From Bispira polyomma (Eukaryota), in NCBI GenBank assembly GCA_965649765.1, contig OZ287752.1, positions 79,670,001 to 79,734,000 of the forward strand: a stretch of DNA of 64,000 bases. Direction: 5' to 3'. The notes beneath the pieces were generated by a model. That model had not been told where the DNA came from. It saw only the letters and a list, made by a program, of their open reading frames with translations, and searched no databases. Of the stretch, positions 54,147 to 64,000 are shown one piece after another. A program made the position numbers and the translations under genes. Each line of letters starts with the position of its first letter. Position 1 is the stretch's first letter.

Positions 54147-55245
54147 TATATATCTCCAGGATACAAAACCTTACTAGTGTTTTTGACCTTTGAAGAGTTA
54201 GGCTCAACAAGATTAATGACTTTCACTTCCTTTTGAAATCTTACATCAAATATAGCCATTTGGCCTGTACCACCCCAGCATGACCTTTAACCAAAGGTCA
54301 AATCTTTTTGCAGAGGTTCAAGATATCCACTATGACACAACACCTATACTGCAATACACAAATGTCAACCTGTGACACACATGAAATTCTCTATTGACAC
54401 TGCCACAGTATAGTGTACATAAGTTCAAGGTCACACCAACCCTAATACACATGATCCTCCGATACTGAAAACTAATACCTGCTTCCACTAACAATAAATC
54501 TGGTTGTCACAATATGACTAAAGATGTATAAAGTGACTTGGAAACCCATATAAATTCTCAATTCCTAGTGATGGCCAGGCATAAAACCTTGCGTCGAACT
54601 ATTTATACTGGAAACCACCAACCTATGGCAACTATACCTGGCAAACTTTGCCACACGAAGGAAGTAGTGCAAGTTGAACCCACTGTCCTTCGAGATGAGT
54701 GATATGTCATTAAGATAAGACCCAGTCAATATAGAATACAATAATGATCACTAGAGCACAAACACACCTAGGATGAGAAATGGGAATAATACCCCATCAC
54801 ATTACACATTAAAACTAGAAATAGGACGCCCTGTTAAGAGTAGCTGCAACATATGAAAAGAAACAGGATAGCATAGAAGAACACACATTAGCATGTGTAA
54901 TGTCCACCCCATGAACCTTTTGGAACAATTGCACAGTAGTCTTACAGGACTGTTTTGTTTGTAAAATATATCAACAATGCTCCAAAATTTATTAGTATAC
55001 ATGTAAATTATTTCAACTGCACGGACAAAATGTCGTCGGACAAAATACCGAGGGGACAAAGCGGCAGTCAAAATTGCAAGGGGGACAAAATGCTGTGCAA
55101 CTAAATGAAAATATATGCGTATAAGATAGCAATATATATCAGTACATTAGAGTAATAAGAGACCTAGCAAGACTAGGTACTAGGCTAGGTTTGCATAGAC
55201 ATAGGCATTGCTAGAACTAAAATACAAGAATCGTCTGCTGTGTGT

Positions 55246-55309
55246 GGGCGGGCTTGAATAACTCTGGTGAACCATATGACGTTTTCCCGCAATTATTTGA
55301 TCTATATAG
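55246..55309 (+). promoter_or_regulatory. Putative element promoter
   Basis: GGGCGGG (55246), TGACGT (55277) and TATATAG (55303), about 130 nt before the gag ATG. Confidence 0.4.
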
Positions 55310-55438
55310 CCCTCAGCATTGCTACACTCGAGGAGTATTCTGGTTGTGCCGTGTGTACCTGAAGCAAGTGAAGGGGGCCTGAGAGAATTGGACACAGAGT
55401 GGAGTAGTTTAAACACGTGCGATTTTAAGTCCGCCGAT

Positions 55439-56419
55439 ATGCCACGTGTAGGTAGTAAAACGCAAACTTCACAGAGTGAAGCTGTAACAGACACTGATAC
55501 AGTTGATCCATTACAAGACATTTTAAAAGGACTGGCTGCTATTACTGAACGTTTAGATTCTCAGGAAAAACGTTTAAAGAACCAGGAAGAGAAGTTGGTA
55601 TTACAGGAAGTGTCTAGATCCGGCCCGTCAGCGCAGAGTTCCACGAAGGCAGACAGAAGTCAGAAGGAAGACAGGACTGAGCTGCCATCCTTGGATTTGT
55701 TGAAATCCGACTCCCGTGTGCAGGCTGAGGTGGACAAGAGGCTGAGAGCATATCAGTACACTTCACGTACGGATGCCAAAGGTACGAATTCAGACAAGGT
55801 TATTAAATCAGGGCGATTTAGGGCGGGTATGCATGTCATTACACGTAATATTGCCTGGCCTCATGATTATTGTAGCCTCCCAGCAGGTGTCGTAAAGCAG
55901 CCTACTTACGACGATCTGAGTGCCCCTCAGTGGTTTCAGGGTTTACTGTTTTCTATACTCGAGGAAACTAGTAGTCAAAGAAAGAACAATATGTTATTGT
56001 ATTATACGAATCTAATGCAAGACGCAGTAGAACTATCCCTACCCACAGCCAAGAAGGCTCATGCCTTAGTCCTAACGGAAATGGAAAAAGGTAAGCTTGA
56101 TTGGGATAATACAGATTTAATAGACAAGGTCAGGGCTAGGGCTACGCAAAGGATAGTTACCCCGGCTAGCTATGGTTTTTCTGCAAAAAATCATGTAAAA
56201 GACAGTAATACTGAGACCAAGGCTGAGATCTGTAGATATTACAACAAAAATACTTGTAAATTCACGGAAGATCATGTTAAAGACGGGGTCATGTTCAATC
56301 ATGCATGTTCGTATTGTTTCAAAGTGGTAGGCAGGAAAATAGAGCATAGGGTAGTTAACTGTATGAGAAAGAAAAAGGAAAGTAACACAACCACAGACAG
56401 GCCTAATCAGCAGGTTTAA
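55439..56419 (+). CDS. gag: Gag-like ORF1
   Basis: First ATG 55439; coiled-coil-like N-terminus, KSGRFR motif, C-terminal CRYYNKNTC..H..HACSYC..H....C zinc finger. Confidence 0.8.
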   Translation: MPRVGSKTQTSQSEAVTDTDTVDPLQDILKGLAAITERLDSQEKRLKNQEEKLVLQEVSRSGPSAQSSTKADRSQKEDRTELPSLDLLKSDSRVQAEVDKRLRAYQYTSRTDAKGTNSDKVIKSGRFRAGMHVITRNIAWPHDYCSLPAGVVKQPTYDDLSAPQWFQGLLFSILEETSSQRKNNMLLYYTNLMQDAVELSLPTAKKAHALVLTEMEKGKLDWDNTDLIDKVRARATQRIVTPASYGFSAKNHVKDSNTETKAEICRYYNKNTCKFTEDHVKDGVMFNHACSYCFKVVGRKIEHRVVNCMRKKKESNTTTDRPNQQV

Positions 56420-59400
56420 AAAAGGTATTAACCTAACATCTCAAAACACTAAAAGTATAAAGTGTAACAGATTACGGGAAAATGTTGGTATAACAGTTTA
56501 TGATGAAGTATGTTTAAACAGTATTTCAAAAGACGTAGATTTAACTACTAGTTTTGAAAATAGTAAAAGCACATATTTAGAAAATATTGATAGTGTAGTA
56601 GAGAGTGTAGATTTAAATACTATTTCTCGAAATACTAAAGTACTCGATACGGAAAGTTTGGTATGTACAGTATATACTGATGAAAACAAAAGCACGTGTA
56701 TTGGTTATGACAGTCATGCCGGCAATAAAGCATACACTTGTATGGCCACTACTGATTTACATGGCAGTAGTGAATATAATGTGACAAATTATATGTCTGT
56801 GTATGCCTACGTGGGTAATGAGGTCAGTTACCAAAGTGCTAGACAAGCAAATATTTTCGCCAACAGACGTGTACATAAAAACTCTAATTCAGGAAAACAC
56901 GTGGTGGGTTATGTAGAAAGGGACATCACCGGTAATACAAAATTCTGTAATTGCCACAATTACATCAGTGGCTTGGGAAAAAAAATTGTATACACACAAT
57001 AGTTCTACACGTGATATACCGTGCAGGTGTTGCAATATCCACACTTGGCAGAACAGCCATATAAGGCGGGGAGGTTGTACAAATATGGCCAATATATCTA
57101 CAAGCGAAGTAACTAGTGTTAATACGGGTTTTGCTGAAAAAACATTAAATAAAGAATGTGCAAGTATTTATGACACTTGGGATATGGCCTCGTGTCAAGA
57201 GTATTATGTTTTCAATAAAGGAAACGCAAACAACTGTTATGATACTGCTTTCACAACTTACACCAATGACACTGATAATGGGTTAAAAGCCTATAAAGTG
57301 CACACTGGCATAACCAGTTATTCTTATAGTATAAGTACTAATAATTTTAAACACACAAACTACAATAGTAGTATAGAATATAGTGCAGTACACTCTAGTA
57401 AAGATCTTAGTACTCATGGTTTTAATCATGTTGGTTTTACTAATAAAATTGACAAGGAAAGGTACACTATATATAATACTAAAGAATTTAGTGGTTTTAT
57501 GGAAACTTTGAATTTTAGTAGTTTTACACACACAAACTACAATAATAGTATAGCATATAGTGCAATACACTCTAGTAAAGATCTTAGTACTCATGGTTTT
57601 AATCATGTTGATTTTACAAATAAAATTGATAGGGAAAGGTACACTATATATACTACTAACGAATTTAGTGGTTTTATGGAAACTTTGAATGTTAGTATAA
57701 ATACAAACAATACATATAATTCAACAATTGTCGAGTACAATTTAGATCAGGATTTTACAGGGTGGGAGCTTAGTGATGACTTCATGAATACAAAAGCTGT
57801 TACCAATACGGGCATACATGTTTTGAACAAACGTGGCACAAGGTATACATATAAAGCCACTTGTACAAGTGAACAAAATATAGTTAACATTGAAAGTAAT
57901 AATGTACGTGAAACTGCTATAGGCAGAAACAAACAAAATTTAATACATATAAGTGATAATTGCAACTATAATGTACACATTCCCAATGTTTCAAGTAAAA
58001 AAAATAATGGACAGTACACTGTTCGGGTAACAAATCATAGTGTACACATCCCTACTAAGAGTGTAAATCATAATGCCCTCATGGGCCGTGATGATGACTT
58101 ACGTGATGGAGAAAGTAACAATTTAAAAATGTGTACAATAAGTCATAGTGCACACATCCTTAAGGATATATCAGGAAAGGGGGTTTATATGGGCTGTGAC
58201 TTGCGAACTGGGGAAAATGGAAACTCTAGTACAAGTGTAAAAAGTCATAATACACACATGCCTAAGGATATACTAAATCATAATGTGTACATGGGTTATA
58301 AGTTAAGTAATGGCAACAACAAAAAACTTATAACTTGTACAACAAATCATAATGTACCCACGGCTATTGATATTTCACACATGGCCACTTGTGACGTAAT
58401 TGGCAAAAATGGAAGTCATGAGGATCTCGTTTATGGTTTCAATTGGTATGGAATTCCGGAAGCCATAACGTCTTCTGCACACAATGCTCTTGCATATAAT
58501 AACTTAAAGGAATGGGTGGCTAAGGCAAATGGTATTGTTGCTAGAGCAAATGTACCCAATTATGTTGGCGCTCAACTCAAGGTTCCTTCACAACTTAATA
58601 TAAAAAATTGGCGTCTTTACCTGAAAGACTATAAATACAAAATTATTTGTGATTTTTTGGAATATGGATTCCCGCTTGACATCAATTATAATAACTTTGT
58701 CCATAATGCCGATATTGTTAATCATAAATCTGCTCTTCAGGAACCAACAGGAGTTGAAAATTATTTTTAAACGGAAATTAAACATGAGGCTATTATTGGG
58801 CCATATTCTAAGTTTCCTTTCGAGAAAACACATGTTTCACCTATGATGGCTAGACCTAAACCTGATGGGGCCACCAGAGTAATCATAGATTTATCATGGC
58901 CACATGGAATGTCTGTTAACGACAGTGTTCAAAAAGATGTTTATATGGGGATGGAATATAAATTGTCCTACCCTACAGTAGATCATATAGTAAAACGTAT
59001 TAATAAGTTAGGACATAATGCACTCATATATAAAGTGGATATTAAGAGGGCATTTAGAAACCTGCGTATAGATCCACTAGATTACCCTGTTTTGGGGCTT
59101 ATCTGGAAAGATAAGAACTTTATTGACATCGCGCTTCCATTTGGATTTTGTACGGGGGCGGGAATTTGCCAATTAGTAACAGACAGTATAAGACACCTTA
59201 TGGAAACATAAAGATACTGGCTTATAAATTATATCGACGATTTCATTGGGGTAGAGGATCCTGCGCATGTGCAGGGTGCTTACAACTCTCTCTGTGTTTT
59301 GTTGGAAAAACTTGGTATTCCTATTAGCGTTTCTAAACTCGAAAGCCCTAAAAAAGAAGTAGTATGTATGGGTATTTGTGTAAACGCGGCTTTAGGTACG

Positions 59401-60162
59401 CTAACTATACCACAGGAAAAAATTAAACAAATTAAAACAATATGTAAACAGTGGACCTATAAAACAACGGCCACCAAGCATCAACTCCAAAAACTCACTG
59501 GCAAATTGTTATATTTGCATAGGTGTGTTAAACCTGCGCGTTTATTTGTTAATCGAATTTTACAAGCTCTTAGGGACTCCTCTAAAAATGGTACTATTAA
59601 ATTATCACCAGAGTTCCATAGGGATATCAATTGGTTCAATGTATTTTTGGACAAATTTAATGGTTCAATAGAAATGCACATTGACGAAAGTAACCGTACA
59701 GAGCATGTATATGTAGATGCGTCGTTATTTGCTGTGGGTGCCAAGTATGGCAATAAAGTGTATACTCTGGACATACCAGAAGATATGAAATTGTATTTGA
59801 CAATTGTACATTTCGAAATGGCAAATGTGATGTTGGCCATAAGAACATGGGTAAAGCATTTTAATAAGAAGTGTGTCACAATTTGGTGTGATAATCTGGC
59901 AGTAGTAAACGTGCTAAATTCACATAAAATTAAAGATACATTTCTTATGGCATGTGCCAGAAGTATCTGGTTATTAATGGCCTCCTATGATATACAGGTT
60001 GAATTTAAACATATAAAAGGTGAAAGTAACACTTATGCGGATATTTTATCTCGCTGGTGCAACTACAGTATGAACGTAGACAACCCTTATGTTAGAAATT
60101 TATATAAATGCGAATGGTGGCAGTCAAAAGCTGCAGAATTATACCCTAATTGGCTTATTTAG
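56415..60162 (+). pseudogene. pol: Disrupted pol (RT + RNase H) with a long low-complexity N-terminal extension
   Basis: ORFs at 56968, 58843 and 59269 share one frame, split by TAA at 58768 and 59209. Motifs RVIIDLS, KVDIKRAFR, LPFG, YIDD (59230-59241), YVDAS, CDN, NTYADILSR. Probable frameshift at the A8 run 56978-56985. Confidence 0.88.
57352..57697 (+). repeat. 177-bp (59-aa) in-frame tandem duplication in the pol extension
   Basis: HTNYNSSIEYSAVHSSKDLSTHGFNHV..GFMETLN at 57352 and 57529. Confidence 0.92.
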
Positions 60163-60418
60163 ATACTAAATTTGTTCCCTTAAACCTTGCAGGCGATTGT
60201 ATCATTTGAAATAAGTTCGAAATAATATGTCAACTTTATTGCTACCTGCAAGGTTTTGTGAAGTTCCCTATTTCATTATATACTGGGTTTCATACTGTGT
60301 AAATGCATAAGTGTCTTTGACATGTATACTGCCTGTCCTGCTGTCTGAATTCGTTTGGCTCAGCAGGCAACAGGCGGAAATAAAGCAAAATTCTGCTCTC
60401 CGTCTGTTGTATTTTCAG

Positions 60419-61395
60419 AAAATAAACCCCTGGATATGCTGCTGCAGCAAGTGGACAAGCGGATTGCAGCTGCTCTGAGGCCCAGGACTGCTGCAGCTTA
60501 TGCTGCTAAATTTAGACAGTTTGTCACTTTTGTGGTTGCCTATGATGTGCCTATCCCTCATGAACACTCGTCTGTATTGGCTTATGTTGAACTATTGTGT
60601 AAAAATGGACTTAGAGCTTCTTCTATTCAGAATGTACTAGCAGTTTTGAACCACTATTTTCAATTGTTTGGTTGGCCAATTGTGGCTTTGAAAAGTAGAA
60701 AGTTACAACTGATGATTAAAGCTACACAAATTAATGCTCCTCTGTTACTAAAAATTAAAGGGGTCATCTCAATTCAAATGTTAACTGAGCTCATAGGCAG
60801 AACTGGTTTGCTTTCAAATGCTTCTGTATTTCAGGCATTGTTCCTTGTAGCATTCTTTGGCTTTCTTAGGTTAGCCTCATTGGTATCACCTCTGGCCTCC
60901 TCCTATGATAAATCGAGATTGCCTGTACTTTCGGATATTGTGTATGGTCAACCAGGCTTACATTTAATTCAAAAACATGCAAAGAATATGCAGACCTCTG
61001 GTGCATATCATGTGGTACAGTTACCGGAATTAAAAAGTTCAAAGTTGTGTCCTGTAAGTGCTGTTAGAAAAATGACAAAATTTCTGAAATTGGCTCCTGA
61101 CCAACCTCTTTTCCAAATTTATAATAGTAGTAAGCTTACAATCCTTACAGCTAGCAAGGCTAGAAGTATTTTTAAAACCTTGATAATACAAATGGGACTC
61201 GAACCCTCTGAGTATGGGTTCCATACATTTCGTAGAAGTGGGGCTGCTTTGGCCTTCAACAATAACCTTTCCTTAGACAAGCTGAAAGTACATGGCAACT
61301 GGCGAAGCGATGCCATCTGGGCCTATTTAAATTCAACCCCCAAGGCAGCAAGTGCTGTACCACAAGCATTTAAAAAGATAATTCTACAACATTAA
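60419..61395 (+). CDS. Tyrosine recombinase (YR)
   Basis: FFGFLR (R), HAKN (K), HTFRRSGA (HxxR) and HGNWRSDAIWAY (W/Y) are all intact. First ATG 60436; acceptor-like TTTTCAG ends at 60418. Confidence 0.92.
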
Positions 61396-61593
61396 TACAA
61401 CAACAATTTGGGTTTGGCAATTATAACACAAACAGATTTTAAATGCTACCCACTATAGGGATATACAAAGTATAAAAGTTTAAAATATGTGTAAATTTTC
61501 TAAGGCCGGGTTAGTCTTAGGCTCACACGTTGTAAAGTAATCCTAAAGGAAAACACCCACCTTAGTCAGCTAAGGGTGCTTAAGGTTTAATGT

Positions 61594-61787
61594 GGTCACC
61601 TCAATTAAAAGTGAGGTTAAGGTGAGGTAACTAGAAGTTTGGGTTTAAGGTCAACTTAAAGTGAACTCTCAGAAGTTCAAGTTACGGCTACCTCAATTAA
61701 ATGAGGTTAAGGTGAAGTAACTAGAAGTTTGAGTTTAAGGTCTACTTAAAAGTGAACCCTCAGAAGTTCAAGTTATGGCCACCTCAT
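61594..61787. repeat. 91-92-bp tandem repeat (2 units plus a partial) downstream of YR
   Basis: GG(T/C)(C/T)ACCTCAATTAAA..TGAGGTTAAGG..CAGAAGTTCAAGTTA; units start at 61594, 61686 and 61777. Confidence 0.9.
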
Positions 61788-62091
61788 TGTGAGTTTCCAC
61801 TTAGCTTAGGATATGATTACCTTAAAGTGAGGTCTTTCCTACTTAACCTCTTTAGCTGTGTACAGTATGTTATGTGTCTGTTAGTAGTTTCTAACTTGTC
61901 TTAGTAGTTTTTAACATTATTGTTATGTCATCCCAAACAAGTTGTGTATTCAATAAAATTTGTTAATAGTGAAAAAGTTGATTCTTTTCCATATGTCTTC
62001 ACATTTCATATATTATCTTATGGACTGTGGTACATAACACATTTACACAAGCACTGCCTAGTAGTGTACGCCATGTAACAGATTCCTGAAA

Positions 62092-62200
62092 AAAGCCCAT
62101 CAGGAAAAATGTCCATCAAGTGAATCCCATCAGCAAAAAATCCCATCAGGAAAATTGGCCATCAGCTAAAGTGATGGGTGGGAAAATTGGCCATCAATTT
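62092..62200. repeat. Short CCATCA motif cluster (about 16-bp period)
   Basis: AAAA..CCATCAG repeated about 6 times, plus one inverted copy (TGATGGG); probably TE subterminal repeats. Confidence 0.6.
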
Positions 62201-62564
62201 TGCAAAATTTCTTCACAACAGATAATTTAACTATTATTTATAAAAATCTGATGTAAGGTAATGATAAACTACATTTACAATTGATTAAGGTCCACTTTTA
62301 TTTCAGGTTTATGTATAAGTTTCATAAGTTTATTTATTTAAATCAAAGGAATAGTGCATAAATTTCATATTATTTTATTTGCATCAAAAGAAGGGGCACA
62401 AGTTTCCTAATTTTTTATTTACACCAAAGGAAGGGCGTGTGTGGTGTGTCTACTCAGGCGAGATCAAGAAAAAGCTATTGTTCATTGTATAATCTGTGCG
62501 TGAATTCTTTGAAAGCTCAGAAGAAATCAATTGATGGGAAGTGTGTGAGAGTAATAACAAATTG

Positions 62565-63770
62565 CTCTATCTGGCACGGTTCAGGAGATAGAAGCAAATT
62601 TGTGTTTTTCCATTTTTGGCAAAAATTCGAAAAATCAAAATGGCCGCCATTTTTGGGGAGAGGAAAACTTTTTGAAAATTGCCAAGAGCACGTTGATGAG
62701 ATACCTTTTGGATCTAAAATTTCAACGAAATCGCTCTATCTCGCACGGTTAAGGAGATAGAAGCAAATTTGTGTATTTCCAGTTTTGGCAAAAATTTGAA
62801 AATTCAAAATGGCCGCCATTTTTGGGGAGAGTAAAATTTTTAGAAAATTGCCTATAGTACATTTTTTAGATACCCTGTGGGTCGAAAATTTCGACGAAAT
62901 CACTCTATCTCGCACGGTTAAGGAGATAGAAGCAAATTTGTGTTTTTCCATTTTTGGCAAAAATTCGAAAAATCAAAATGGCCGCCATTTTTGGGGAGAG
63001 GAAAACTTTTTGAAAATTGCCAAGAGCACGTTGATGAGATACCTTTTGGATCTAAAATTTCAACGAAATCGCTCTATCTCGCACGGTTAAGGAGATAGAA
63101 GCAAATTTGTGTGTTTCCAGTTTTGGCAAAAATTTGAAAATTCAAAATGGCCGCCATTTTTGGGGAGAGTAAAATTTTTAGAAAATTGCTTATAGTACAT
63201 TTTTTAGATACCCTGTGGGTCGAAAATTTCGACGAAATCACTCTATCTCGCACGGTTAAGGAGATAGAAGCAAATTTGTGTTTTTCCATTTTTGGCAAAA
63301 ATTCGAAAATTCAAAATGGCCGCCATTTTTGGGGAGAGGAAATTTTTTGAAAATTGCCAATAGTACATTTTTTTAGATACCCTGTGGGTCGAAAATTTCG
63401 ACGAAATCACTTTATCTCGCACGATTAAGGAGATAGAAGCAAATTTACGTTTTTCCATTTTTGGCAAAAATTCAAAATGGCCGCCATTTTTGGGGAGAGG
63501 AAATTTTTTGAAAATTGCCAATAGTACATTTTTTTAGATACCCTGCGGGTCGAAAATTTCGACGAAATCACTCTATCTGGCACGGTTAAGGAGATAGAAG
63601 CAAATTTACGTTTTTCCATTTTTGGCAAAAATTCGAAAATTCAAAATGGCCGCCATTTTTGGGGAGAGTAAATTTTTTTTCAAAATTGGCAAGAGTACAT
63701 TGCTCAAATACCCTGAGTGTCGAAAATTTCGACGAAATCGCTCTATCTCGCACGGTTTAGGAGATAGACA
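62565..63770. repeat. 169-bp satellite-like array, about 7 units
   Basis: Unit starts at 62565, 62734, 62903, 63072, 63241, 63410, 63571 and 63741 (CTCTATCTCGCACGGTTAAGGAGATAG...). Confidence 0.96.
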
Positions 63771-64000
63771 TATTTATGTTTTTTGCTATGTAGCTATTAC
63801 TACTAAAAGTAGCTAAGTAGCTATTGCTGAGTCAATTATATAGCTATTATCATTAAAAGCAATCCCAATCAAGCTATTGACCTAACTATTGGTCATACCA
63901 AATTTGGTAAAGATATGTCAAATATTTTCCCTTAAAATGCCCGGAAACAAAAGTAAGTAGCTATTACTCAGTTAGCTATGGAGCTATCTTCACTAAAAGC

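Larger units (their letters stand above)
55140..61990 (+). mobile_element. DIRS-order tyrosine-recombinase retrotransposon (Ngaro-like); ends approximate
   Basis: Gene order gag(Zn finger)-RT/RNaseH-YR; no integrase, protease or methyltransferase domain seen; AATAAA at 61952. Confidence 0.9.

Noticed and set aside
58760-59215. Programmed readthrough or an alternative genetic code at the pol TAA codons
   Set aside because: Neighbouring ORFs end in TAA normally; two point nonsense mutations are the simpler explanation.
60355-61395. Phage integrase or bacterial contamination
   Set aside because: The YR sits after gag and RT/RNaseH in the standard DIRS-order layout.
62437-63816. Repeated ORFs MAAIFGES../MPKMEK.. 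and a possible CRISPR array
   Set aside because: Products of the 169-bp tandem repeat; no unique spacers or cas genes, and the context is eukaryotic.

Overview
AT-rich metazoan genomic DNA, probably from an invertebrate and possibly a lophotrochozoan (judged only from the SINE and repeat types). From 0.9 to 50.2 kb there are nine co-oriented, intronless ORFs of 2.2-3.3 kb encoding C2H2 zinc-finger arrays: seven recent duplicates and two diverged ones. Every ORF begins directly after a 3' splice acceptor, always in phase 2. Each starts with what looks like only the C-terminal helices of a BTB/POZ domain, and I find no BTB N-terminal exon between the copies. My best reading is one BTB-zinc-finger locus with a shared 5' exon upstream of the window and at least 9 alternative terminal exons, as in lola/mod(mdg4)/broad/fru, but with the BTB itself split between constant and variable exons. 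DNA-contacting residues of fingers 2 and 4-6 vary strongly between copies. The spacers hold L2-LINE fragments, TA-flanked MITEs and SINEs. From about 55.1 to 62.0 kb lies a DIRS-order (Ngaro-like) tyrosine-recombinase retrotransposon with intact gag and YR, a disrupted pol, and a possible in-frame gag-to-YR splice. A 169-bp tandem array occupies 62.6-63.8 kb.
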